Part shown: in pieces, positions 45,799 through 55,489 of the stretch
Numbering within the stretch: position 1 is the first letter of the stretch
Layout: every line of letters begins with the position of its first letter
NCBI GenBank assembly: GCA_043805415.1
Contig: JAZDHZ010000034.1
Span: 101,478 to 165,477 of the forward strand
Origin: Candidatus Omnitrophota bacterium
GTDB lineage: Bacteria; Omnitrophota; Gorgyraeia; B26-G9
Reading direction: 5' to 3'
DNA length: 64,000 bases
Program-made: the position numbers and the translations under genes
Notes under the pieces: model-generated
The model's input: only the letters and a program-made list of their open reading frames with translations
The model's database searches: none
Told to the model about the DNA's origin: nothing

Positions 45799-46215
45799 AT
45801 GCGCCGGTTCAGAGTTCCCGATAGCTTATCAATGCTTACGGTTTTTATTTATAAATATCCGCTGTTTTGTTTGTTTGTGTTTTTAAGCGTGGTTTTAATG
45901 CTCATAACCATGGCCTTATCTTTTGGCGCGATAAATTATAAATGGGAAAAACGCTGCGCCAGAATGCTGATTTTTTGCATGATTCCGGTTTGCAGCTGGA
46001 TGGCGTATTTTCTTCAGCCGGTTTTCTCTCCTTGGTTAATTACTGCGCTGCTCTGGCTGATTTTTCCTTTGAGTTTTCTTAAAAACAAAATCAAAGCCAA
46101 AATAGAAAAAAATATTCAGGTTTCTAAAATAAAAGGCTGGGTATGCAAGCAGTGTAAAACTGTTAATGAAGATCTGTTTCTGGTTTGCAAAAAATGTAAA
46201 GTTCCTAAGCAATAA
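45799..46215 (+). CDS. Small membrane protein with a C-terminal CxxC...CxxC zinc ribbon
   Basis: Three hydrophobic helices then WVCKQCKTVNEDLFLVCKKCKV. Confidence 0.4.
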   Translation: MRRFRVPDSLSMLTVFIYKYPLFCLFVFLSVVLMLITMALSFGAINYKWEKRCARMLIFCMIPVCSWMAYFLQPVFSPWLITALLWLIFPLSFLKNKIKAKIEKNIQVSKIKGWVCKQCKTVNEDLFLVCKKCKVPKQ

Positions 46216-46238
46216 CTTGTTTGTCAGCAGTGAAGTAA

Positions 46239-46267
46239 TTGCAAACATATCGCTACTGTGGTATAAT
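46239..46267 (+). promoter_or_regulatory. Sigma70 promoter for smpB; predicted transcript start lies at or within 1-2 nt of the smpB ATG (leaderless or near-leaderless)
   Basis: TTGCAA at 46239-46244, 17-nt spacer, TGgTATAAT at 46259-46267. The ATG at 46276 is only 8 nt after the -10, and there is no SD sequence. Confidence 0.5.
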
Positions 46268-46275
46268 CCTCGTCT

Positions 46276-46731
46276 ATGGAAAAAAAAATCATTGCGTCTA
46301 ATAAGCGGGCAGCGCATCGCTATGAGATTATTGAAAAAATCGAAGCTGGCATTGAATTGCAAGGCACAGAGGTTAAATCACTCAGAGCCAATCAGGTTGA
46401 CTTAAAAGACAGCTTTGCCAGAATTGACGGCGGACAGATTTTTTTGCATAGTTTATACTTAAGTCCCTATGAAAAAGCAAGTTATAATAATGCTGATCCC
46501 AAAAGAGTCAGAAAGCTTTTACTGCATAAAAAGCAGATTACCAAGCTGTTTGCGAAAATGCGGGAAAAAGGCTATACTTTAATAGCTTTGAATATTTACT
46601 TTAATGATAAAGGCCGGGCAAAAGTCGAACTGGCTTTGGCCAAAGGCCGCAAATTGTACGATCAGCGGGAAAAGATTAAAGATAAAGAAACTGAACAGCG
46701 TTTGCGCAAGATAAGCAGCATTCGGAAATAA
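46276..46731 (+). CDS. smpB: SsrA-binding protein SmpB
   Basis: IASNKRAAHRYEIIEKIEAGIELQGTEVKSL...LLLHKKQITKL...ALNIYFNDKGRAKVELALAKGRK are typical SmpB motifs. Lies immediately upstream of the tmRNA. Confidence 0.9.
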   Translation: MEKKIIASNKRAAHRYEIIEKIEAGIELQGTEVKSLRANQVDLKDSFARIDGGQIFLHSLYLSPYEKASYNNADPKRVRKLLLHKKQITKLFAKMREKGYTLIALNIYFNDKGRAKVELALAKGRKLYDQREKIKDKETEQRLRKISSIRK

Positions 46732-46820
46732 ATGGCTAATGGTCAATGGTCGATAGTCAATAGTTTTTACTTTAAACTATAAGCCATAAGCTATTAGCTA
46801 TCGACTTTTTTTTAGATTGG

Positions 46821-47251
46821 GGGGTGAAGGGTTTCGACTTATGTGGATGTTATAAGGGCAGCATGTCGAGGTGGTCGGGAGGCCTCGTTAAACACCTGGC
46901 AAAATAATAAATGCTGAAACTAAAGTTCCAGTAAGTGTAGATGCACTTCTTGAGAGAATTGGATCGGGCATTGCTCATCCGACTTTCACAGGATTTGTAC
47001 CTGCAGCAGTGTTACTTTAATAAAATAAAGTAACCCGTTTTTTGGCCTTTTGTCTGGGGGGTCAGAGAACGTCATTTACAGGCTCGCTTTACCTGGTTGG
47101 TTTTTGACAGGTAAGGTTAAACACTCAAAAGCTGCCTGTTTAAGTACCTCGCCTATTGGGGATTTAAACAGAAAGATAAACAATAGGCTAAACATGTAGA
47201 TACTCTTATTTGTCGCTTAAGGACGCGAGTTCGATTCTCGCCACCTCCACC
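46821..47251 (+). ncRNA. ssrA: tmRNA (ssrA), standard one-piece
   Basis: 5' GGGGGUGAAGGGUUUCGAC pairs with 3' ...GGACGCGAGUUCGAUUCUCGCCACCUCCACCA (tRNA-Ala-like acceptor with G3-U, T-arm GGTTCGATTCC, CCA). Internal tag reading frame ends ...PAAVLL followed by UAAUAA. The resume codon could not be fixed by eye. Confidence 0.8.
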
Positions 47252-47258
47252 AAATAAA

Positions 47259-47297
47259 CAAAAACCTCTGTTCTGAGAAATCAGGGCAGGGGTTTTT
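47259..47297 (+). terminator. Intrinsic terminator (repeat copy 1) after ssrA
   Basis: CCUCUGUUCUGA-GAAA-UCAGGGCAGGGG then UUUUUU. A 12-bp stem with three G-U pairs, so it is stable only in the plus-strand RNA. Confidence 0.6.
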
Positions 47298-47469
47298 TGT
47301 GTGCGGAGATCAGGGAGATTTCTCCTGTTTTAAGAGAATAAATTTGGTTTTTAATCAGCAGAGATTAATCGTTTTAACGGTTTTTTTATTTAGCTTTTTT
47401 AAATAAAAAGAGTATAATTATAATGTGGAAAATTTAATTTAAACTTAAACAGTCAAAAAGGGGGGGGGT

Positions 47470-47886
47470 ATGAACAAAATTAAGGCAAAGCTTATTCTGG
47501 GTATTTGTGTTTGTTTTCTTCTGTTTGCGGCCTCAGTGGTTAAAGCCGAAGAGGGATCAACAATTGTTAATCAGCTGAGCAATGAACTGCAGCATGAAGG
47601 TAAGATTACGTCTGATGAGGCAAAGGCGCTAGAGCCTTCGATTCAAGAGATGATTGAAAAAGGGGAAAGTAAGCAAGAAATAAAAACTTTTATTGCTCAG
47701 GCAGTAGCCCAGGCTCATGCCCAAGGACTTAAAGGCAAAGATTTGGCAGCTAAAGTTCATGTTGCAATTCAGGAGCGCAAAATGCAGAGGACTGAAGCTA
47801 AAACAGCGGCTAAAGATAAAAGTAGTAAAACGGACGGAGCAACTAAAGGAAAAAGCAGCAAAAAGAATAGTAAAGGAAAAAAATAG
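47470..47886 (+). CDS. Small secreted lysine-rich hypothetical protein
   Basis: Signal peptide. C-terminus KSSKTDGATKGKSSKKNSKGKK. A G9 tract lies immediately upstream. Confidence 0.4.
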   Translation: MNKIKAKLILGICVCFLLFAASVVKAEEGSTIVNQLSNELQHEGKITSDEAKALEPSIQEMIEKGESKQEIKTFIAQAVAQAHAQGLKGKDLAAKVHVAIQERKMQRTEAKTAAKDKSSKTDGATKGKSSKKNSKGKK

Positions 47887-47936
47887 TTTAAATAGTTAGA
47901 GATTGTTCTGGAAACGCTTATGCTTGCGGAGGAATT

Positions 47937-48470
47937 GTGAAGTATTTACTAGTTTGTGTTTTTTTTGTTTGCTTTGTCTGCGGCTGCGCCGGAGCAATAC
48001 AACCGTATATACTTTATTCCGATGCCGGGGTATCGCCGGAAGACATTGTGGTATTAACATCAAAAAACAATGCTGAGGTTAAAGAATTAGTTTGCCAAAA
48101 AATAGGATCATCTGCTGGGCAGCTAATCTCTATGGCGGTTGTTAAATCTGTCGATGGAGAGACCGGAGATTCTACGTTGCCGTATATGGGGCAGGTTTTT
48201 AACAGTGGGTTTAATTGTCAGTTTGAAATTCAATTAATGCCTGGGAAGCATCAATTAGTAGTATTGCCGAATTGTTATCTGGCAAGCGGAAGAGATTCCG
48301 TGCCTATGACTATCAATGCCCTTGCCGGTCATCACTATTTTATCGGGAATATTCTCGAGATTCTTCAAGTTCCGAGCCTGGGTGTACGCGGAAAATACCG
48401 CTGGCGGCCGTTTATTGTTGATATGACAACAAATGAAATGGTCAGTCTTTATCCATTTATATCTCACTAA
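47937..48470 (+). CDS. Hypothetical secreted protein or lipoprotein
   Basis: GTG start 5 nt after GGAGG. N-terminus LLVCVFFVCFVCGCAGA is signal-peptide or lipobox-like. Confidence 0.4.
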   Translation: MKYLLVCVFFVCFVCGCAGAIQPYILYSDAGVSPEDIVVLTSKNNAEVKELVCQKIGSSAGQLISMAVVKSVDGETGDSTLPYMGQVFNSGFNCQFEIQLMPGKHQLVVLPNCYLASGRDSVPMTINALAGHHYFIGNILEILQVPSLGVRGKYRWRPFIVDMTTNEMVSLYPFISH

Positions 48471-48520
48471 TCAGTGGGGTATAAGGCAGCACAATACTTA
48501 ATTAACCGATTATGCTTTTT

Positions 48521-48567
48521 AAACTAAACCTTTGTTCTGATAATTTATCAGGGCAGGGGTTTTTTTG
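48521..48567 (+). terminator. Intrinsic terminator (repeat copy 2)
   Basis: AAACUAAACCUUUGUUCUGA-UAAUUUA-UCAGGGCAGGGG then U7. Confidence 0.6.
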
Positions 48568-48990
48568 TTTTGGGCGGGGATTATCGCAAAAATAATAGCA
48601 GTATTTCGAGACCTTTTTAGGGAGCCAATTAAAAATCCAAACTTTTTATGCTTACTTTCTGTAATATGATGTGGGTATAATGTATCTTAAGTGGACTATG
48701 GAAATAGTTCGGATATTAGAGGCAATTGAGGTAGTTAATTAGAATTAATGTCCCAATACCTGATCTTACCCTGTTAAGTAATTAAGTATTGTGTCCCCTT
48801 ATATGATGTTAACGTTGTAAATTATTGAATTATATGGTATATTTTACAGTCCAAGTTGAGGCTAATTAATAAAGTTATTATAAATATAAGAACAGGTTAT
48901 AGCATTTAATTGCTGGTTTGGACTTTAAAGATATAAGTTGTTTTCTCAAAACTTATTAGACGAAATTAATTTTTTCTGGAATAGGCAGGT

Positions 48991-51357
48991 ATGAGAAAGT
49001 TTAAAAATATTTTCATAAAGGTACTTATAGCAGCGTTTCTGTTGCAGACGCCATCTGCTTTTGCGTTGAAAAGTGCCCAAGACAGTGTATGTGCCAACGC
49101 GGGTACAGTTTTTCTGGCGCCTTATCTGACCATTGATGCCACATCAATTCAAACGAGTGCCTCCAAACTATATGATTTTTCCCAACAGGCTGCTTTACAA
49201 CCTGTTCTCGAAACTCTTACAGATAATTTCGGATGGCCGGAAGAGATTGCTGTTTCTGTTAGCCAGCGAGTGGCGTTTACACTCAGTCAAACAGAGACAT
49301 CAGTAGATTATCGGCCGGATATTGCCATTATTGCTACCGCGACTACGTCAGATCAACAGTATATCCGTTATGTTTTTCCGTTAAACCAGGAAAATTCTAT
49401 TAGCGTGGTTGATCAAGACATGAGGATAATCCGTTTTGTCTGGAATGGAAACGAGTTATCAATCGCGGAAATTGGAACAGGGGATCGAGGAACTGTGCGC
49501 TATGCGGATCAACAGATGCTTTTATCGCTTAAGGATCACATTAAAGATAGAATGGAAGAACTGCTTAAAAGAGATTCTGTAACATTAGAAGACTTGCAAG
49601 AATTATTGTGGATGGACCCCCTAACTTTTTTAAAAGACCAAGACTATGAGCCGCGACCCTTAGAAAACGACGAAATATTTTTTCTCATGAAGCGTTTAAA
49701 CGATTTATTCTTTGAATTGAAGGTTGATGATCCATGGGTTCTTCCCAAGATTAACGATCCTAATGCTTTGGCGGCAGATGATCCGTATCACCTGTTAACC
49801 TCCAGACGACGTGTCCAGATTGATGAGCGTGTTGTTGATCATGGAATTTTGTTTGAAGCAATGAAGTTAGAAGCTGATGAGTTTGCTCTGTTTCTCGCTC
49901 GGGATGCGATGAGCGCGCATGAATTTATCACCCATCTGCAAACCTTACAAGGCAACTCACAAGCCCTGTCAGGATTAGTTTATCAGCCAGGGCTTCGCAG
50001 CGCGTTTCAAACTGATTTTGACAAGAAACATAAGCGGACAGCATATGTGGATGAGGAAAGTTTAGAACATACCATGAGAAGAATAACCCAGGCTTTTCAG
50101 GGCACTTTGCAAAAATTGGGAAAGCCTGTTCAGAGAATAACCCGAGGCGAGGCTGATAATAAAGAATTTAACGCTGATGAATACAATGAGTTTTATTCGC
50201 TTTTTAAGCAGAAAATAATCGAGCTGATTAATTCCGAAGAGCATGTTCGCAAAGAATCGGAACTTATATTGAACCAGATAAAAAGAGCGATTCATGGAGA
50301 TTTTAAGAAGATCCGGGTTATTGATTTGGATGCGACAGGGAAAACAGCGCTTTATGTAAGAGCGGTTATTGAGTATTATGCTGAGAAGGGAGAGCTTGAT
50401 GTGGAGAGCGCTGAAGTATTTATCGGCAACGGACGTGGAAGCTCGGTAAATGTTCCCAAGGTGCGTCAAGGCGCGACAGACCCTCAGGTGAGTTTTGTTG
50501 ATTTGAACTGGCCATTTATTGCTGAGCAAAGAGATGCTGCTACGGGAATGGTTAACTTTAGAGTTACTAAGTCTCGCTATCGCTTCCTTGAGCTTACGTA
50601 TCAGAGTTTGCGTTTGTACAATGAAGCAATCAGTTTTTTTGAAAACGGGCAGAAAGGCTCAGTGTCCAGGCTTTCAAAGAAAGAGAATGCGAAGGCGTCC
50701 AAAGCTAAACCAAATAATATACTGGATATGACAAAGTATGAATTTTTAAACCAGTATCAGAGAAACGGGTTTTTCCGTCCAGGGTTTTATGGAAGCAAAC
50801 GATTGGCAATTGAAGCGCGGCTCAATGAGTGGTTTGGAAAAGGTAATTGGCAGGAGCGTTATGCGATCAATGGGAATCTTAGTACTAAGGATGAGATGCT
50901 TGTGTTTTATGAAGATGCCTATGTCGCGTATTTACGGGATAATAGTCCTCTAGCCACTTGGTTGGAAGAAACAGCAATCGACGTATTTGATAATAGTACA
51001 TCTAATCTGGATAGCAGGATGGATTATTCCATTCAGGAAACGACAAGCAACCATTACCAGGATATTGCTATACGCAGAGCATTTGATCGTTTAGGCAAAA
51101 GTTTTGGAGGTTCTGAACTGATTCAAGTTCGCGGAAAGGATTCGAAAGGGGCTAAATTAAGTCCAGGGGTGGTACCTTTTAATAAGCCGTATCTGCTTTT
51201 CAATCCTCCGCTCAAAGGTTGGTGGAACAAAGGTTCTATCGAAGAATTTTTGCAAAGCTCAAAAGTTATTGTTATCCTGCCGGCTACCTTTAATATTGAA
51301 ATAAAAAGTGCTGTTCAATACAGCAGAGAGCAGTTTGTTATCGAGCATTCGATATAA
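48991..51357 (+). CDS. Hypothetical secreted protein (788 aa; LSP-motif family)
   Basis: Leader MRKFKNIFIKVLIAAFLLQTPSAFA then FLAPYLTI. No recognisable catalytic motifs. Confidence 0.45.
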   Translation: MRKFKNIFIKVLIAAFLLQTPSAFALKSAQDSVCANAGTVFLAPYLTIDATSIQTSASKLYDFSQQAALQPVLETLTDNFGWPEEIAVSVSQRVAFTLSQTETSVDYRPDIAIIATATTSDQQYIRYVFPLNQENSISVVDQDMRIIRFVWNGNELSIAEIGTGDRGTVRYADQQMLLSLKDHIKDRMEELLKRDSVTLEDLQELLWMDPLTFLKDQDYEPRPLENDEIFFLMKRLNDLFFELKVDDPWVLPKINDPNALAADDPYHLLTSRRRVQIDERVVDHGILFEAMKLEADEFALFLARDAMSAHEFITHLQTLQGNSQALSGLVYQPGLRSAFQTDFDKKHKRTAYVDEESLEHTMRRITQAFQGTLQKLGKPVQRITRGEADNKEFNADEYNEFYSLFKQKIIELINSEEHVRKESELILNQIKRAIHGDFKKIRVIDLDATGKTALYVRAVIEYYAEKGELDVESAEVFIGNGRGSSVNVPKVRQGATDPQVSFVDLNWPFIAEQRDAATGMVNFRVTKSRYRFLELTYQSLRLYNEAISFFENGQKGSVSRLSKKENAKASKAKPNNILDMTKYEFLNQYQRNGFFRPGFYGSKRLAIEARLNEWFGKGNWQERYAINGNLSTKDEMLVFYEDAYVAYLRDNSPLATWLEETAIDVFDNSTSNLDSRMDYSIQETTSNHYQDIAIRRAFDRLGKSFGGSELIQVRGKDSKGAKLSPGVVPFNKPYLLFNPPLKGWWNKGSIEEFLQSSKVIVILPATFNIEIKSAVQYSREQFVIEHSI

Positions 51358-51457
51358 CAAGCCATGACTGAGCCTGGATGCAGTTGCTTGAGACTATTTT
51401 GTTTATGTGTAATCCCCTTTTTGCTTAAGTAATAATCGCTAACTTTCTTTGGATATA

Positions 51458-51493
51458 GCCCCAGTTACCTATCGTAGCTGGGGATTTTTATTT
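51458..51493 (+). terminator. Intrinsic terminator after the 788-aa gene
   Basis: GCCCCAG...CTGGGGA hairpin followed by TTTTTATTT. Confidence 0.45.
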
Positions 51494-51737
51494 GTTTAAT
51501 AATTAAAGTATAATGAGTTATAATATATTTATTATAGATTGAAAAATTTTGGATATTTGGGTCACTTGAGAAAGGAATCGAAAATTAAAACTTCCTGAAT
51601 AAGGAAATGCGCTAAAGCATTTTTTGAGTAAATATGCCTATTTAACGTTGGATATGAGAATTGAAAATATAGGCGGATTTTGACTCGTGCGGTTTTAGTG
51701 TTTGTGATGTATTCGGGAATATTATTGGGAAATAAAT

Positions 51738-52823
51738 ATGATTAAATTAAAAATAAAATTTAGCATATTGCTTTTAGCTTTATGCCTTGTGTTTATCATC
51801 GGCTCTAAGGTTAACGCGGCGGATAACACTCCTTTTGGTGTCGGCACATTCCTTTCTTGGAACCATGAGTGGAATAATTATATGTACAATAATGAAGAGG
51901 AAGTAGATAAGGCTGTAGCGATCCTAAAAAAGCTCGGAGTTTCCATTATTAGAAATGAATTCTCTTGGAATGAAATAGAATCAAATCAAGGGGTTTTTAA
52001 CTTTGAGCGATATGATTATATTGTAAAGGTCTGCCAGGAGAAGGACATTGAAATATTAGCTATATTAGGATTTTCAGCTCCATGGACAGGAAAACAGTGG
52101 AATGATGCTCCGACCGATGAAACAGCATTCCTGAATTATGTGAAGGTTGTTGTGCGACGCTATAAAAATTCAATAAAATATTGGGAATTTTGGAATGAGC
52201 CGGATACAAACCTATACTGGAATCCGCAGGACAAAATGAAAACATATACACAAATGCTAAAGAAAGTGTATAAAACTATTAAAGAAATTGATCCCTCCGC
52301 CGTAGTTGTTTTAGGTGGATTAGCAAACAGTCCCTATTTTTCCTTAAAGAATGTATTGAAAAATGACGGGGCTGACTACTTTGACATTGTTAATATCCAT
52401 CCCTATGTAAGCCCGAATAATGGCGAGGGGATAAAGCAGGTGAGATCTTTACTGAATAGTATAGATAAGGAACTAGTTAAACGTAATCTTAATAAAAAGA
52501 TCTGGATAACCGAAATAGCATGTCCTGGCATAGACCAATCCAGCGCAAGCAAATGGTGGCTTGGTGAATCTCAAAATGAGCAGCAACAAGCTCAATTTTT
52601 AAATGAAGTCTATTCTTTAATAGATACGCATAAAAATGTAGAAAAAATATTTTGGTCAATGTTTCGGGATACAGATCATTTTAAGGATGGGGTTGATTAT
52701 TTTGGATTGCTGTCTTGGGATTATGGCCCCAAGACAGCATATTTTGCCTATAAGCAGCTGATTGATGATGCTTATAAAAAAAGTGAAACAGGTCTTACCC
52801 CGAATAATAAAATATATAAATAG
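51738..52823 (+). CDS. Secreted glycoside hydrolase, clan GH-A (GH5-like)
   Basis: Signal peptide. WEFWNEPD (NEP acid/base) and KIWITEIACPG (TE nucleophile) at the spacing typical of GH5/GH39-type TIM barrels. Confidence 0.55.
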   Translation: MIKLKIKFSILLLALCLVFIIGSKVNAADNTPFGVGTFLSWNHEWNNYMYNNEEEVDKAVAILKKLGVSIIRNEFSWNEIESNQGVFNFERYDYIVKVCQEKDIEILAILGFSAPWTGKQWNDAPTDETAFLNYVKVVVRRYKNSIKYWEFWNEPDTNLYWNPQDKMKTYTQMLKKVYKTIKEIDPSAVVVLGGLANSPYFSLKNVLKNDGADYFDIVNIHPYVSPNNGEGIKQVRSLLNSIDKELVKRNLNKKIWITEIACPGIDQSSASKWWLGESQNEQQQAQFLNEVYSLIDTHKNVEKIFWSMFRDTDHFKDGVDYFGLLSWDYGPKTAYFAYKQLIDDAYKKSETGLTPNNKIYK

Positions 52824-52907
52824 TCAAATCCTCTTGCCTGGATATACGGGGGCACAATTGAAAATGCATGGATGCAATCCTTAATTATCCAATCATGTTT
52901 TTTTAAC

Positions 52908-52951
52908 AAACTAAAACCTCTGTTCTGAGAATTTATCAGGGCAGGGGTTTT
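52908..52951 (+). terminator. Intrinsic terminator (repeat copy 3)
   Basis: AAACUAAAACCUCUGUUCUGA-GAAUUUA-UCAGGGCAGGGG then UUUUCUGGUUUU. Confidence 0.6.
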
Positions 52952-53146
52952 CTGGTTTTAGGCTTCAGAAAGTTAATTAGCCGGATTATTTGCTTTTTTA
53001 GCTGAATTCAGGTATATTTTTGGTAGTTTTTGTTAGGCTGATTTTGCTGTTTATCGTTAATTTTCAAATGGTTGCGTTCCTGGCAGCTGTTTATACGCTA
53101 ATTTTCAGACATATCCGCCTTATTCATAATTAAGAAAGCAAAAAAA

Positions 53147-55489
53147 ATGATTTATCAAATAAGAAAATTTATTTTATTGCTCCGATTTATATGCCTAATC
53201 CTGGGACAGTTATTGCTGATTAATGGCTTTGCCTGGGCAGGGCAGATGAATACTTTGTCTCCGGTAGCAGTTGTAAGCAATGCTAATTTTAAAAAAGCTT
53301 TTGATGATAATTTAGACGAGATATACGCGCTTAATAATAAAATTAAAAGCATCAAACAGGTTTATAGCATGATCACGGAATTAGATGCTTATCCGGGTTT
53401 TACCCGAATGCTTGATTCAGATGATGGATACAGAGATATCGGCATTTTTCTGGTTTCTGATCTTGATGAGGTAAATAAAATTATAAACATATTGCCAGTA
53501 GATAAACATTCTGAGGTTTGTGAGCTGGGCAGCGGCATTGGTAATGTCAGTGCTTTATTTGCCGCCAGAGGGGCAAATGTAATTGGTTATGAAATTGACC
53601 AAAAGCTGGTATGGTTAAGTAATAATATAGCGCAAATTGATTTAAAAGATATTCTTGCTCCGGAAAGAATAAAGTTTGAGCGCGCGAATTTTTTAAGCAA
53701 GGATCTTTCTAAATTTGACATTATATTCTATTACTGGAACAGCATGGTTTCTGAATATAAAGATGAGCTGCAGAATAAAATTTTAAAAGAACTTAAGCCC
53801 GGTGCTTTATTGGTATTGTTCGGGGTGAGCAAGGATAAAGCATATTTCTCGGGATTAAAAGAGATGACTGGCTTACCGGGCTATGAATCAATAAGCGCGT
53901 ATGCCAAGGTATATGCGCAGCCGGATAAACCTATTGCCCAAACCAATGAACAATCAAAGCTGCAATCATTTCGCGATGATTTAGATTCGCCGGATACAGA
54001 GGCGCGTTTGCAGGCAGCGCTTGCTTTAGCGCAAAGCAAGCATGCTGATGATAAAGCATACGCGATTATTAAGGAATCAGCAATTAATAAAAACTTAACG
54101 CTGAATGAAAGAATAAGAGCGGCGAGATTCTTAAGCGATTCAGACCGGATGGAATATGCCGGGCAGCTTATAAGCGATGAACAACAGTTTGCCAGAATAG
54201 AACGCGACGATAAAAAAGACTTTGACAGTTTGGAGCTATCAGCGGCAAGTCTAGAGCAAGTTCAAGGGCAAATAAAAATGATATCAGGCATAGATAAGCA
54301 AGTTGCTGATGAACTTATGCTCAAGGCGGGTAAACTTGCTTTTTTAAGTGAGGAGCTTTCCCGGCTTAGTAACGCGATAAGATATTTTGAGGGAAATTGG
54401 CATGCGCTTTTAGAGGAAAAACTGGATAGCGAATATGGCTATGCCAAAGAAGTAAATGAGGCAATGATCGCGGACGATATGCTAGGGGTTGAGCTTTTTA
54501 ATGCCGTAGATTATGTAAAAGCTTATTTGGTTTGCCAAAAGTTAATATCCCGGCTTAGAGATAAAGGGATAATAGTTATGGGCGGAGATAGAGAATGGTT
54601 TTTGCTTGAGGCTTTTCAGTATATTTTTAAGAGAAATTATACAATGGAACAAGCAGAAAAGATGCTGGAAAATAAATGGGAAGTATCAACAGCGGCAATA
54701 AGAGCAAAAGAAATATTTAAAGATTTAATAACAATTGGCCTTAGCCCGAGTGGGTTTATGTCAGAAGTGAAAATAGGATTTTTCGCTAATACGGCGCAGC
54801 AGTTCATCTATCGGGGTTATGACGACGCGAATCATCTTGAATACGCGCCCGGCCCGAATTATGATGCCAGAAATATTTCCATTGGAGTGGAGAACAATAT
54901 TGGTTCAGTAAATGCCATGCACATTAATCTTGGGGTGCCCTGGGCCTCAAAATATATCTGGGCATCATATTTGGCATTGCATAATTTTATTGATTCAAAT
55001 ACTATGGCCAAAGGTTATTATGATTATTTTTATGATCAGCAAATCAAAGACAGCAGTCAATTATTCCCCGGCCAGCGCAGGGTTTCTTATATCGGGGTTT
55101 GGACCGAAGACCTTGATGATCTGGATTCAATAATCGAGACTTTTGTGCCCTTGAGCATTGGTTTAAATAATTATATGTCAAAAGAAAATCCGGAAATAGC
55201 GGAAATCTGGAAAACTTTTAGAATCGAATTTGAAGAGATTATAAATTCGCAAAATGATCAACAGTTAAAAACGGAATTTTTTGAACAAGCCAGGATGGTA
55301 AGATTCGTGGAATTGATATCGGAAAAAAATCGCGGCAATATTTTTTACCAGCAAGTTGAAAATCTTATTCAAAAAACAATCAAACAAATTAATCATAATC
55401 TCGCGAATCAAAACAAGAATCAGGCTTTAATCAAACATTCCCCGGAATTTCTTCAATTTCCAGAAACCGCGGTACTTAATTCAATTTAG
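53147..55489 (+). CDS. Giant-family protein (780 aa) with a SAM-methyltransferase fold motif and HEAT/PBS-lyase-like repeats
   Basis: Leader MIYQIRKFILLLRFICLILGQLLLINGFAWA then NTLSPVAVV. VCELGSGIGNVSALFAARGANVIGYEID (MTase motif I). LDSPDTEARLQAALALAQSK...ERIRAARFLSDSDR (HEAT-like). Confidence 0.5.
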   Translation: MIYQIRKFILLLRFICLILGQLLLINGFAWAGQMNTLSPVAVVSNANFKKAFDDNLDEIYALNNKIKSIKQVYSMITELDAYPGFTRMLDSDDGYRDIGIFLVSDLDEVNKIINILPVDKHSEVCELGSGIGNVSALFAARGANVIGYEIDQKLVWLSNNIAQIDLKDILAPERIKFERANFLSKDLSKFDIIFYYWNSMVSEYKDELQNKILKELKPGALLVLFGVSKDKAYFSGLKEMTGLPGYESISAYAKVYAQPDKPIAQTNEQSKLQSFRDDLDSPDTEARLQAALALAQSKHADDKAYAIIKESAINKNLTLNERIRAARFLSDSDRMEYAGQLISDEQQFARIERDDKKDFDSLELSAASLEQVQGQIKMISGIDKQVADELMLKAGKLAFLSEELSRLSNAIRYFEGNWHALLEEKLDSEYGYAKEVNEAMIADDMLGVELFNAVDYVKAYLVCQKLISRLRDKGIIVMGGDREWFLLEAFQYIFKRNYTMEQAEKMLENKWEVSTAAIRAKEIFKDLITIGLSPSGFMSEVKIGFFANTAQQFIYRGYDDANHLEYAPGPNYDARNISIGVENNIGSVNAMHINLGVPWASKYIWASYLALHNFIDSNTMAKGYYDYFYDQQIKDSSQLFPGQRRVSYIGVWTEDLDDLDSIIETFVPLSIGLNNYMSKENPEIAEIWKTFRIEFEEIINSQNDQQLKTEFFEQARMVRFVELISEKNRGNIFYQQVENLIQKTIKQINHNLANQNKNQALIKHSPEFLQFPETAVLNSI

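Noticed and set aside
46732-46820. Repeat-rich sequence before ssrA (ATGGCTAATGGTCAATGGTCGATAGTCAATAG, and the AGCTATTAGCT palindrome; similar TAGCTATTA at 62020-62045) as a possible insertion-sequence end
   Set aside because: The repeats are very short, with no flanking transposase or target duplication. More likely promoter or operator sequence for ssrA and rdgB. Noted but not callable.
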